Positions 8,905 to 19,476 of a stretch of 64,000 bases of DNA are shown here, in pieces (positions within the stretch are counted from its first letter, which is position 1; each line of letters starts with the position of its first letter). The DNA is from Carpediemonas membranifera BICM (lineage: Eukaryota; Protista; Fornicata): assembly GCA_019828565.1 (NCBI GenBank), contig JAHDYR010000014.1, positions 277,521 to 341,520 of the forward strand. Direction: 5' to 3'. The position numbers were made by a program, and so were the translations under genes. Below the pieces are notes generated by a model. It was not told where the DNA came from. It saw nothing but the letters and a program-made list of their open reading frames with translations, and did not search any database.

Positions 8905-11900
8905 ATGGCCAATGGTGCCGGGCTTGAGCTAAAGAGGCCACCAAAGATGCTGCACGATAATGGAGGGGAAATTCTTACACCTCAAGCCATTCATGAGAGT
9001 GTTGACCTGTCTCTTGTCGCCGGCGACAATGACGATGAAACTGAGTTGGACAGCGATGTATTCGAGACCTCCCGGGCACGCACACGGGTAGAAACCGTCC
9101 TGCACTCCGATGCTGGCGAGTTTGCAACCCCCCACCTCAACAGCGGGCACTCCATCCAATCCCTTGTTGGGGGCAGGAGCACCGCTACAGCAGGAACTCA
9201 GCCGGTGCAGCCACAGGACGATGGCGAGGCGACTGCCACGGCAGAGGACACAGAGACTGAGGAATATGTACCAGGGTCAGAGGTGAGTCCCGCGAAGACC
9301 AATGCTCGGCGACCAATGATAGCCGACGACAGCGAGACGGAGGTTGATGCCACAGCGACAGCGACAGAGGTGGGCACGGCGACGGACTCGGACCGCACGG
9401 CCTCCTCATTCAGTGAGCACGTGCCCGGGACGAAGGAGATGCTGCTCAACGCCGCAAAGACCCCTGAGAAGCCCGGGGCTGGCAAGTCGCCGGCGGTCAC
9501 CCCAACCCACCTGCTCTCCTCTACAGGGCACGTTGTCCCGCCAGACCTAGTCCGTGTCACGCAGCAGGCCCCGATGTCGGTCTCGGCTGAGTTCGAGGCA
9601 GAGCACACTGCCGAGATGCCCGCGGACAAACGAGACCTGCTGTTGCCACTGTTCGACGGCGATGAGGTCTTTTACATGGCCTTTCTGCGGTGCTTTAAGA
9701 TCGATACGATTCACCCCTGGCAAGCCCGGGCCATCAAGACTCTGGCCACCGATCCCACGAAGAACGCCGTGATAATCGCCCCAACCAGCGCGGGCAAGAC
9801 CGTGGTGGCCGCTGCCCTGCTTGCTCAGACAGTGTTTGCCCACAGGAAGCAGCGGGCGGTATGGTCGACCCCCCTGATCGCCCAGGCGGCGGAGGTCACG
9901 CCGCTACTGACCAGTCTGTTTGCCGCGGCCCACATGTCGGTCGAGGGCATGTACGGGAGCCATAAGGCGGCCAATAGCGACGGTTCGCTGTATGTTCAGA
10001 CGTTTGAGAAAGCGGCATCGGCCATTAACATGTTGCTCCAGCATCACCGGGCAAACAACATCTCCTGCGTCCTGGTCGATGAGGTCCACATGATAGCCGA
10101 CCCGACCCGTGGCGCGACTCTCGAACTTATGATGACGAAGCTGCGGCTACTACTACCCCAAACCCGGATCATCGCAATGTCGGCAACATTTCCGAACTCC
10201 CACCAGCTGGCAGAGTGGCTCGACGCCAACCTCATCGTCGCCCCGCCCACCGTACGGCCCGTGACGCTGAGGGAGACGGTCACAATGCCCGCCAGACATC
10301 TCATGCGGGTGATGGGGACCCAGCTAGCCGCACACGGAGCGAAAATGTCCAATAGATGCCTGCTGGAGCGGCGGGGTGATGAGCTCGTGCCTGTTGGGGT
10401 TGCTGAGAAGGTCGACACCACAATCATTGGCAAGGGGCCGCGGGATGGGGGCCACCACCTCTCCGACGCGGAGGCCAGGATACTTAGGTTACCCACGAAC
10501 AAGCGGACGTACATGAGCGTGTCGTTCTGTGAGACCATGCGGCTGCTCCAGGACGTTGAGGGCGGGACTCTCGTCTTCTGTGGCTCCAAGGCCGAGGCGG
10601 AGCGGATGGCAGTCCACTGCGCCATGCTCACGGCCCTTGAATTAATCAAATCGGGAAAACGATCGCAGTCTGACGAGACAACACGACAAATGCTGGACGC
10701 CTTTTCCAACCTGCCCTTTGCCCCAGAGAGGCAGCTGGTGGCCGTCGCACCGCACCACATCGCCTTCCATCATGCTGGCCTTAGCGAAGAGGAGCGCGAC
10801 ATCGTCGTTCAGGGCTTCCGGCTGGGCGTTATCCGTGTCATATTCTGCACCCCGACCCTTGCCAGCGGAGTCAACCTACCGTCGTCCACAGTCATCATCA
10901 CTCGGCCCATGATCGCGGGGATGAATCTAGATGCCACCAGATATCGACAGATCGCGGGACGGGCGGGACGATTCGGTCTGGACGCCACTGGCCGATGCCA
11001 CACGATCATACCGCAGGACGGCTGGACGCTGCAGCAGACCAAGGGCCTTGTGTGTGACCTCGCCAGACCGGTTCTGTCATCCTTCGTGCAGCCGGTTCCG
11101 GGGCAGGGGCAGCAGCTTCATCTCAACCGACCCGTGCTGGAAGCCTTGTTGTTCTGCCCCAACTCCGTTGACAGCTTCCTTCGGCACACCTTCTACTTTC
11201 ACACTATCCAAAACGACGCCCACGCCGGCGCTTGGTTCGAGAAGGTCATTGCCACTGAGATCACCCGCCTCACTAGAGATTCATTCGTCGAGGGTGGCGA
11301 GCCGTCCAAGCTCGGTGCTGCCTCTGTCAGGGCAGGGTTCAGTCCGGAGATGGCCATTGAGATGTACAAGTCCCTCGGCCATGCCAGGAAGCGGTGCCGG
11401 CTCGACGACGAGCTCTTCCTCCTCTTCCACGTCGCCCCGACCTTCAACGCAGCTGCGGTCGTCCAGGAGTACATGATGAGGCCGATCCACCCCATGTCGT
11501 TCCGCGGCCGGCTGTACACGATCCTGAGCGAGCTCCCCATCGAGCGGTTTAACGTCATTGTATGTGACATCCTTGGCCCCTTCCTGCACGACCTCATCCA
11601 AACTGCCCCGCCGGCCAGCGGCATCGCCCGCATAGCGAAGGAGCACACCCCCGTCGGCGTGCTTACCTGGGCCCTTGGCGTCCCCAACGAGGGCGTGTCT
11701 GACCTCGTGCTAGACCGGTCGACGTGGCCGCTGCTGCACGGACTGATGAGAGCACTGCACCGGCTGCACGCCGCGCTGTTGATGACGATGCTCATTGACG
11801 AGATCCCACTAGATGTCATTGTCGAGAGGATGGGGTATCGCGTGGCTGAGCTCGACGGTCCTCTCATCCCCACGCGCGGTGACCTCCAGAAGCTCATGAA

Positions 11901-14676
11901 AGAAGCTGGTCAGATGTGCGCCATGGTACACAGGTTCTGTGAGGGTCTATCGTGGAACCTTCTAGGCAGCCTCGTCCACGCCGTTGCACCCAGACTGGAG
12001 TTCGGCGTCCAGGTCGCCCTCATCGACCTTGTTAATATCCCCGGCATCCGCAGGGATGAGGCTAGGGCGCTCTACCGTTGCGGCATCAGCGCTGTCCCAG
12101 ACGTCATTGCTGCTGGTCGGGACCGAGTTTATCAGGCCCTTGGTAGAGGGCTGCCCTTCACTGCAGACCGCGGGGTCAACCAGAGGATTTACGAGAGGTC
12201 CGCCGAGCTCCTTGCCGCAGCCATGACACTCAGCGGGGAGTCTGTCGTTGAGCAACCCGATGGAAGTTACCTGCTCCTGAACAGCGACATGCAGGCGGCG
12301 GGGGTCAACGTCGAGCAGCCCGCCCCGGCCCGCAAGGAGATCCTGCCGTATCAGATCATGAACCGGGCTAATCTTCCCAGTCCCGATGACAGACTGGCTC
12401 TCGTCCGGCTTGCCCTGACGAACGGGGCGTCTTACCAGGCTGAGGAGAGCGAGTCTCCCCGCGAGGATGACAACCCCCTTCTCCGGGCTGCCCTGGACGA
12501 CGAGAGTGCCCAGCCCCCGCCCCGAGGCCACTCGGCCATCAGACCTCTGGTAGGCCCGCAGTTTACGGTGCCGCTGTTCCCGCCGCCGCCCGTGGGGATC
12601 AGCCTGCAGAGCCTGGAGTACCCGCCCCCCGCACCGCCCACTATGTTTGGCCAGAGAACTCGACTCTCCGTGCTCCGACTGTCTGCGGGCGACGAGATGT
12701 TCTCCACCCATCTCACGGCCGTCGTGGACCGCATGCTCGCCATCCCGCCCGGCGACACCGTCGGAATCGTCGCCCACGCCGACCCCGAGACCGAGACCCT
12801 GCAGTCTCTCGTTCTTTGTGGCATCCCAGGCGACGTCGTCGTTGTCACTGCGCCCTTCCCCAACCCGGCCCTCGCGGACATCCTCAGGCCCCTGTTGTCC
12901 TCAACTCGTGTCCGGAAGTCGCTATTTCTCACGGCGGCTAGCCTGCCCATCCTTCTGGATGCCGGGCTGGCCCTCGCCCCGCCCATGGTCGACCCTGCGG
13001 CTGCGGCATGGATGCTGGACGTGAACATAATCCACAGAGACAGTGAGATGAAGCGGACCATCAAGAACCCCACCGAGATGTCCTGGCAAAAGGTCCACGC
13101 CATCTACACCAACGTCGACGGCAGCGTGTGGTCCGGCAACATGCCAGTCAGCCCTCCTGTCGAGCCAGCCGTCGGCAAGGCACTTAGCCAAGCAGTGCTG
13201 GAGGCGCACTGGTGTCTTTCATTCGGCTCGTTCCTCTGCTCACAGCTCGACGCTGCCGGTCTCCTGGACGTCCATGACCGCGTGTTCGTGCCATTCGCCC
13301 TATCCACTGGCCGTATGAGGTGGCGGGGCGTCATGGTAAACTGCTCTCTCGGGAAGCAGCTTACGGCCGCCATGCAACAGATCCGAGCTTGGAATAACGA
13401 GGCCATCGTCCAGAAGGTTGTTACTGAGACCAGCATTACCGCCGCGGGGTTCAATATCAACAGCGTGGACTGTCTCAGGAAGCTGCTCTACACTGCCGAC
13501 GGCTACGGGTTCAAGGCGCTAAAGTTCGGTAGACCAACGAAGTCCGGCGTACGAAATCCGTCCACAGATAAGGCGGCACTCAAGATGCTTCTGGCCGGCC
13601 CCGAGGGTGCCCAGGTGCAGCAATGCGGCATCGTCGCCATGATCTTGCGGGACCGCAATCTAAAGAAGATCATGGAGATGGTCAACTCGCCACTAGCGCT
13701 AGCTGGCGGCAATGCCACGATGGCCCGGCTCCGATCTGACATCAGCCTATGCCGCACATACACTGGCAGACTTGCGTTCGACCAGCCCAACTTCCAGAAC
13801 TTCGCCAACCCGAAGACGGTGACTCTACCGCAGTCGCTGTACAAGAGACTAGCGGCGGAGTTCTCCACACTACCTGCTGCCACCCCTGCCAGTGACGGAA
13901 TGGTAGAGCTCCCGCTGCTGCACAGGTCTCTGGTCTGCGCTGGCGAGGGCAACGTCCTGCTCTCGATCGACTACAACCAGCTGGAGTTCAGACTCCTCGC
14001 CCATTTAGCGGACGACATGCGACTCAAGAAGCTGCTGACCAAGGCCGACCCGTTTGTACTGTTTGCGGCAGACCTCTACCACAAGGACGCCGCCGACGTC
14101 ACCCCTGAGGAGCGGGGCAGGGCCAAGCAGTGCGTCTACGCCATCATGTACGGCCAGGGCCTGACATCAATGTCCCGTAGCCTCGGGATCGACAGAAAGG
14201 AGGCGGGGGCCCTCCTCATGAACCTGTTTGGCGCCTACCCCGGCCTCAAGCTGTTCAGGGAGAAGGTGTGCCGCTTTATGGTGTACCACGGCGATGTGTT
14301 CACACTATTAGGCCGCACTCGCGACTTTAACGACGCCGTGTTCCGCGGTTCTCATGACTCTAATGACTCCAATGCAGTCATGGCCGCGATCAGGGAGGCT
14401 ATCAACACAGTAGTGCAGGGATCAGCCGCAGACATTCTCATGGCAGCCACAACGAGGGCTGAAGCCCAGCTGGAGAAGGCTGGGCTCGGTCAGCATTGCT
14501 TCCTCGTGCTGAATATGCACGATGAACTCATCTGGGAGGTCGCCGAGGGCAAGGCGAACCAGGCTGCCGCGGTGATCATGGACGCCATGACCCACGCTGT
14601 CATGCTGACCGTGCCGCTGACCGTGAAGTGCAGGGTTGGACCAAGGTGGAGTGAGATGCAGCCACTGGAGCTGTGA
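8905..14676 (+). CDS. POLQ: DNA polymerase theta (SF2 helicase plus family A polymerase)
   Basis: Helicase motifs APTSAGKT, DEVH, MSAT, HHAGL, TLASGVNLP, QIAGRAGR. PolA motifs TGRL..DQPNFQN, DYNQLEFRLLAH, RGRAKQCVYAIMYG, QGSAADI, HDELIWEV. Confidence 0.95.
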   Translation: MANGAGLELKRPPKMLHDNGGEILTPQAIHESVDLSLVAGDNDDETELDSDVFETSRARTRVETVLHSDAGEFATPHLNSGHSIQSLVGGRSTATAGTQPVQPQDDGEATATAEDTETEEYVPGSEVSPAKTNARRPMIADDSETEVDATATATEVGTATDSDRTASSFSEHVPGTKEMLLNAAKTPEKPGAGKSPAVTPTHLLSSTGHVVPPDLVRVTQQAPMSVSAEFEAEHTAEMPADKRDLLLPLFDGDEVFYMAFLRCFKIDTIHPWQARAIKTLATDPTKNAVIIAPTSAGKTVVAAALLAQTVFAHRKQRAVWSTPLIAQAAEVTPLLTSLFAAAHMSVEGMYGSHKAANSDGSLYVQTFEKAASAINMLLQHHRANNISCVLVDEVHMIADPTRGATLELMMTKLRLLLPQTRIIAMSATFPNSHQLAEWLDANLIVAPPTVRPVTLRETVTMPARHLMRVMGTQLAAHGAKMSNRCLLERRGDELVPVGVAEKVDTTIIGKGPRDGGHHLSDAEARILRLPTNKRTYMSVSFCETMRLLQDVEGGTLVFCGSKAEAERMAVHCAMLTALELIKSGKRSQSDETTRQMLDAFSNLPFAPERQLVAVAPHHIAFHHAGLSEEERDIVVQGFRLGVIRVIFCTPTLASGVNLPSSTVIITRPMIAGMNLDATRYRQIAGRAGRFGLDATGRCHTIIPQDGWTLQQTKGLVCDLARPVLSSFVQPVPGQGQQLHLNRPVLEALLFCPNSVDSFLRHTFYFHTIQNDAHAGAWFEKVIATEITRLTRDSFVEGGEPSKLGAASVRAGFSPEMAIEMYKSLGHARKRCRLDDELFLLFHVAPTFNAAAVVQEYMMRPIHPMSFRGRLYTILSELPIERFNVIVCDILGPFLHDLIQTAPPASGIARIAKEHTPVGVLTWALGVPNEGVSDLVLDRSTWPLLHGLMRALHRLHAALLMTMLIDEIPLDVIVERMGYRVAELDGPLIPTRGDLQKLMKEAGQMCAMVHRFCEGLSWNLLGSLVHAVAPRLEFGVQVALIDLVNIPGIRRDEARALYRCGISAVPDVIAAGRDRVYQALGRGLPFTADRGVNQRIYERSAELLAAAMTLSGESVVEQPDGSYLLLNSDMQAAGVNVEQPAPARKEILPYQIMNRANLPSPDDRLALVRLALTNGASYQAEESESPREDDNPLLRAALDDESAQPPPRGHSAIRPLVGPQFTVPLFPPPPVGISLQSLEYPPPAPPTMFGQRTRLSVLRLSAGDEMFSTHLTAVVDRMLAIPPGDTVGIVAHADPETETLQSLVLCGIPGDVVVVTAPFPNPALADILRPLLSSTRVRKSLFLTAASLPILLDAGLALAPPMVDPAAAAWMLDVNIIHRDSEMKRTIKNPTEMSWQKVHAIYTNVDGSVWSGNMPVSPPVEPAVGKALSQAVLEAHWCLSFGSFLCSQLDAAGLLDVHDRVFVPFALSTGRMRWRGVMVNCSLGKQLTAAMQQIRAWNNEAIVQKVVTETSITAAGFNINSVDCLRKLLYTADGYGFKALKFGRPTKSGVRNPSTDKAALKMLLAGPEGAQVQQCGIVAMILRDRNLKKIMEMVNSPLALAGGNATMARLRSDISLCRTYTGRLAFDQPNFQNFANPKTVTLPQSLYKRLAAEFSTLPAATPASDGMVELPLLHRSLVCAGEGNVLLSIDYNQLEFRLLAHLADDMRLKKLLTKADPFVLFAADLYHKDAADVTPEERGRAKQCVYAIMYGQGLTSMSRSLGIDRKEAGALLMNLFGAYPGLKLFREKVCRFMVYHGDVFTLLGRTRDFNDAVFRGSHDSNDSNAVMAAIREAINTVVQGSAADILMAATTRAEAQLEKAGLGQHCFLVLNMHDELIWEVAEGKANQAAAVIMDAMTHAVMLTVPLTVKCRVGPRWSEMQPLEL

Positions 14677-14997
14677 CGGGTTGGTGGTGTTAAATTAAAC
14701 TGCCACTGGGTTTGTCCACTGCTTGGCCGCTCCTAGCTTGATTGACTCATTTGTTTCCAAACTAACCGTGAGTGAGCTGAGACGGGTCTATCAGGCCTAG
14801 CATGTCTGGTTCAATGTGACTAATGCCTCTGATGACCTTGCATCTCCTGTCCAGGGTGGTCAATGCGTGTCAACGGCAGATTGAGCACGTGTGAGAAAAA
14901 ATGAGATAACGAACGGTACGTTGCCCAATTCCTTGCGACATCGGGATTTGCTTCCTGTTATGGCGCCCGGAGAAGCCATTCCTATTTTACTCAGCGT

Positions 14998-15716
14998 ATG
15001 AAGCTTGTTTTCGCTCTTCTTCTCATCGGCTTCGTGCTTGCCGACTACGATTTCGATTACCTGATCCTTGATCTGTTCATGGCTGGTGCCCAGCCTGTGA
15101 GCGACGGCCGCTGCCACCTCCCCGATGGTGTTAGCGAGGTATCCATCCACGGCCTCTGGCCCACTGACTGGGAGTCCTACGGCCCCAACAACTGCCCCGG
15201 CGATGCCTGGGACGCCAGCAAGCTCTCAGGCCTCAAGTCTGACCTGACCAAGTACTGGCCGACCTACATGTCCAACAGCGACGACACCTTCCACCAGCAC
15301 GAGTGGGAGAAGCACGGCACCTGCGCCGCTTACGCTAAGGTTGGCAACGGCGCCGTCCACGACGAGCTCTCCTACTTCACCACCGTCCTCGGCCTGCTCC
15401 ACAAGCTCCAGATCACCAAGGCCCTCGCTGACCACAACATCACCCCCTCCATCCACACCACGTACGAGTACTCCGACATCGTCAACGCCCTCCACTACGG
15501 CACCGGCAAGCTCGTCTCCGTGACCTGCCTCGGCCCCCACAACGGCCCCAAGTACTTCAGTCTGTCCACTCCACTTTGACTCACACAGCTCAGGCCACCG
15601 CCTGCTATGACAAGACCCTCACCCAGATCGACTGCCCCCTCGACCTTGTTCACCGCAACGCCCAGGGCTGCAAGGCTGACGAGTTCAAGATCACTTACTA
15701 CCCCCTCAGCGCTTAA
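14998..15716 (+). CDS. Secreted ribonuclease T2; exons 14998-15559 and 15589-15716
   Basis: Signal peptide MKLVFALLLIGFVLA, CAS I SIHGLWP and CAS II HEWEKHGTC. A 29-nt intron restores a Cys-containing C-terminus (ACYDKTLTQIDCP...). Confidence 0.92.
15560..15588 (+). other. 29-nt spliceosomal intron
   Basis: gtctgtccactccactttgactcacacag. Shares tccactcc and ctcacacag with the TTLL intron. Confidence 0.85.
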
Positions 15717-15945
15717 ACCTGCGAATAAACAGCCTGAACAGTGATATTCGATTGGGCGGTGGATGATTGGTTGCCTCAGCCTGACGGTGAGGAGAGTGGA
15801 GAGGTATGACTTGTGATGTACTAGGACCGTGAATTTACGAAAATCCCCCAAGAGATGGACACGATGGACAAGGGTCAAGGAAGATTAGATAAGCTGAATG
15901 GACATAAAACACACACAGCCTGGCGGTGACATTGGAGCATCGATT

Positions 15946-16080
15946 CTGTGCCGCGCAGGATTAAAATTATTGAGTCCAAAACACACAGTGATCCAAGCAG
16001 CATCAGGATCGCAGTGTGGTTCATCATACTCTATCAATCGTGCGCAGCATATCACGCGCGCTGCAGCGCGTGCTTGCTCA
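15946..16080 (-). ncRNA. Candidate Fanzor omegaRNA scaffold / element right end
   Basis: Lies at and downstream of the Fanzor stop. Contains the palindrome cgcgctgcagcgcg and an imperfect gatcc/ggatc stem. Its terminal 35 nt recur at 3338-3372. The RNA call is inferred from TnpB/Fanzor locus architecture. Confidence 0.35.
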
Positions 16081-16928
16081 ACTTTGCATCTCGGTGAGAG
16101 AGATTGAGAAGTATGTCTCTCTGCTCGGGATGCCGACGTAGCCGTTCAACGCGCCATGGAGCTCCCTCGCACGCGGGATTCTGGCAGAGCATGGTGCGGT
16201 GTGTGTGCACCACACGTCTGAAGTGTGCTTTGCAGTGTGGGCACACGATGGAAGTGCGGAATTCGGAGACCATCGTGACACTCACGACGACGTTGTGCCG
16301 GAGCATGATGCCAGGAAGTGCTCGAGCAAAGTGGCGGTACGGAGCACAGGAGGGAGTGCCGGCGGAACCGAACAGTGCAGCCCCATACGCGACTTCGAGG
16401 TGAATGGGCTCCGGGGGGCGCCCGCCGAGATCATCCAGGAGTTGACGTCCAGCCCGGGCGAAGTGCTTCAGGCGCAGACAGTGATTGGCAAAAGTCGCAC
16501 GGCGGAAACACTTTCTCGTCCCCTCGTTGATGATCTGAACGATGTTCTCATGGACAAACCTAATCGACTGTTTGAGAGCCTCTAGACTTGTCGTTTTGAA
16601 CGATGCTACGCTCATATTCACGCGGAAAGAGGGGGTGGCAGTGTAGCCACACTTAGCGAGTACGCCAGATACACTCTGCCTGTCTGGGCGGATCGTGTAG
16701 CCGCCCAGCGACCGAGCACCAGGGTCGAAGCCCATGCGAGCTTGAATGTCCGGGGCAGGAGTAGCCTCGGCGTCATCCTGACCGAGCCGAGCCCGCTTGT
16801 TGCTGCTACCCTTTTTGTACGTGGGCCGGTCAGCCACCCGACCGCCACGGTATTTCTCGCGACCCACCCAAACCGTCACAGCAACAGAGACCCCGTCTGT
16901 CTTCACAGAGAGCACTCTGCGGAGCTTG
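16052..16928 (-). pseudogene. Fanzor (TnpB-like RNA-guided nuclease), C-terminal RuvC/zinc-finger piece
   Basis: TDGVSV, RuvC-I GFDPG, VAYGAALFG, rearranged RuvC-II VSEFRTS directly before the CPHC...CQNPAC zinc finger, then RD motifs (QRDIL/HRDAK). Confidence 0.85.
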
Positions 16929-16933
16929 GTGAT

Positions 16934-17020
16934 TTTGGCGTATAAAGCGCTGTGGATGGTACTTCATTTAGATTAAATACACACACTAAATACACATCAA
17001 CTGATTACGAAATCACAACA
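16934..17020 (-). repeat. 3' LTR of element 1 (87 bp)
   Basis: Identical to 21367-21453. Reads TGTTG...CGCCAAA on the minus strand. Confidence 0.95.
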
Positions 17021-19476
17021 CCTCCGTCTTCTCCAAAGAGCTTGCCGCGCAACTTGTGTGCGTCGATATACGACTCAACTTGTTCGTTTCCTCTCACATC
17101 CTCATCATAGCACTGATAAGTATCTTCTTCAGGCTCGTAACCGCTCCAGCGTAGTCTGAAAACGATGTTCCCGTCCTCATCGGTCGAATGGCTCACTACT
17201 GATTCGACAACGTATAATTCATCATCATCATCAAACTTGGCGAGCTCAGATATCTCCTCCTCAGTTAAGAAGGATCGATGGAACCTCCTCAGACGGTGTA
17301 CATGTGACACCAGCTCCGCCCTCCCTGAAAAGGCCTGTAAGGCGTATTGGTTGTTCGGAAGCGAGTCTTTCACCATGAATGGGCCTCGGTAATTCGGGAG
17401 CGTCTTGCTACGCGGACCCTTAGGTGGGGCCAGCAGGACATAGTCGCCAGGCTTGAAGACATCAGGCTCTACTGAGGGGTAGTCCAAGGCAGAGGACTGG
17501 GTGGCTCTGGCGAGGTCGTGGATCTCCCTCAATCTGCTCAGCAACCCGGAGGTATAAGACGAGGTGGACTCGTAAGAGTCAAGGTTAGGGGTCAACGTCC
17601 TCGGTAACAGGCTGTTGGATGGGGAAAGGACATCGCCATAGAGCATGGCGTAGGGCGTGGTGTTAATGATCCTGTGCTTGGCGTTGTTCATGACAAACTG
17701 GACCAGAGGTAGACAGGAACTCCAGTCGCTCCAACGTCTTCCAAGGGAAGGCAAGAGGGTCTTCAGATGACGCCTAACCTCGCGATTGGCCCTTTCAGCT
17801 ATACCGTTCTGCTGGGAGACGTAAGGGAAAATGGTGGTGTGTTCGATATGCAGAGACCGGTTCAACGCAGCAATGGTGTCGTTGACGAACTGGGAGCCGT
17901 TGTCGGAGTGCAAAAAGTGGGGCAAACCGTGACGTGAGTACACTCTTTCCACCAAGGCCTCGGCAGCGCTGAGAGCGCCAAGGTCACTCAGTGGGACCAG
18001 CTCGACCCATCTTGTGAAGTTGTCAATAATTGTCAGCACATATTTGGATCCAGACGACTCGTCTACTGGCAGGGGACCAATGGCATCGATAGACACCGTG
18101 TGAAAAGGGGTGTCGGTGACAAGGTGGCCAAGTTGCGTCTTGACAGTCTTCTGGAGACGGAATTTCTGACAGATGCCACAGCTGGAAATGAAGGTAGCCG
18201 CATCCGAAGACATGTTCTCCCACTCGTGGCCTAGGTCTTTGAGGGTCTGAACAGTGGCGGCTACTCCCTTGTGACCGCTAAGAGCGTTGCCGTGGACCTT
18301 GCGGAATAGATCAACCTTCTCCTCTTGAGATAGAACGGGGAGGCGAGACTGGACAGCGTTACAGAAGGAAGTTTTCGGTTGGAACATCCTAGACAGAGTG
18401 TCAGCAAGGACATTAGTCTCTCCGGGGATGTAAGCGATCTCGAACATGTACTCTCCTAGTCTGTTCTTCCATCTGTTGACCTTCTCCGACTTGCTAGCAG
18501 TCAAGAAGGTGAGGTTCTTATGGTCAACCTCAGCAACAAAGGAAGTTCCTCTGAGGAAACTGTCGAACTTCAAGACGGCTTCGTAGAGGGCAGCAGCCTC
18601 CTTCTCAGTTATAGACCAGCTCAACTGCGAGCCGGAGAGGGCACGAGAGAAGAAAGAAATGAAGCGGGTCTCGCCATCAATGACTTGGTACAAAACGGCG
18701 CCGAGTCCATAGCCCGAAGCATCGGTCTGGAGTCTAAGGGGATGGTTATAGTCAGGATGATGAAGCATGTCCGCATTCCGGAGAATCTCTTTCAGATCGG
18801 ACAGAGCTTCGCGGGCTGAGTCGTCCAGAGAGAAGGGAACGGGGGTCTCCTTGAGTAGGCGCAAGAGAGGATGGGCGACCTCAGTATATCGGGGAACGAA
18901 TTGACGACAATAGTTGAATATGCCGAGGATCGCGCGCAACTCAGAGAGAGATCTAGGCTCCTGCAGGTTGTCGATATCCAGCAATCTGTCCGGGTCGATA
19001 GTCATGCCACTCTCGTTCACGATGAAACCCAAGAAACGAGCCGAGTCAGTGCCGAACTTGCACTTGTTTCCGGACAAACGGAGATGGTGAGAGACGAGGC
19101 GGTCCAAGACAGCCTCCAAGTTCTCGAGGAATTCCTCGGCATTCCGGCCGACTACCAGTAGGTCATCAACGTAGATGATCAAGCGTCGCTCTCTCACGAT
19201 GTCGTCAAAGATCTCCAACATCACCTTCTGGAAATGGCCGGGGGCGTTCATTAGGCCAAATGGGATCCGCTTGAACTGGAATTGCCCGCTGTGGCAGACG
19301 AAGGAAGTCAGGTAGCGAGAGTCTTCGTGCAGCTCGAACTGGTGGTACCCGGAACGGAGGTCTAATGAGGCAAAGTACTTCATACCGGCAGCCTGTCTTA
19401 GCAAGGTATCGCAGCCTTGGAGAGGCACGGGTTCCGGCACCGTCACGGCGTTGACTTGAACATAATCCAAGACCAT
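17005..19476 (-). CDS. Pol of element 1: RT, RNase H, integrase, chromodomain
   Basis: LDLRSGYHQ, PFGLMNAP, YVDD, TDASGYG, DHKNL, HHCC, SDNGSQF, NGIAER, and chromodomain YVVESVVSH...LRWSGYEPEEDTY. The stop codon lies inside the 3' LTR. Confidence 0.93.
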   Translation of the reverse strand: MVLDYVQVNAVTVPEPVPLQGCDTLLRQAAGMKYFASLDLRSGYHQFELHEDSRYLTSFVCHSGQFQFKRIPFGLMNAPGHFQKVMLEIFDDIVRERRLIIYVDDLLVVGRNAEEFLENLEAVLDRLVSHHLRLSGNKCKFGTDSARFLGFIVNESGMTIDPDRLLDIDNLQEPRSLSELRAILGIFNYCRQFVPRYTEVAHPLLRLLKETPVPFSLDDSAREALSDLKEILRNADMLHHPDYNHPLRLQTDASGYGLGAVLYQVIDGETRFISFFSRALSGSQLSWSITEKEAAALYEAVLKFDSFLRGTSFVAEVDHKNLTFLTASKSEKVNRWKNRLGEYMFEIAYIPGETNVLADTLSRMFQPKTSFCNAVQSRLPVLSQEEKVDLFRKVHGNALSGHKGVAATVQTLKDLGHEWENMSSDAATFISSCGICQKFRLQKTVKTQLGHLVTDTPFHTVSIDAIGPLPVDESSGSKYVLTIIDNFTRWVELVPLSDLGALSAAEALVERVYSRHGLPHFLHSDNGSQFVNDTIAALNRSLHIEHTTIFPYVSQQNGIAERANREVRRHLKTLLPSLGRRWSDWSSCLPLVQFVMNNAKHRIINTTPYAMLYGDVLSPSNSLLPRTLTPNLDSYESTSSYTSGLLSRLREIHDLARATQSSALDYPSVEPDVFKPGDYVLLAPPKGPRSKTLPNYRGPFMVKDSLPNNQYALQAFSGRAELVSHVHRLRRFHRSFLTEEEISELAKFDDDDELYVVESVVSHSTDEDGNIVFRLRWSGYEPEEDTYQCYDEDVRGNEQVESYIDAHKLRGKLFGEDGGVVIS

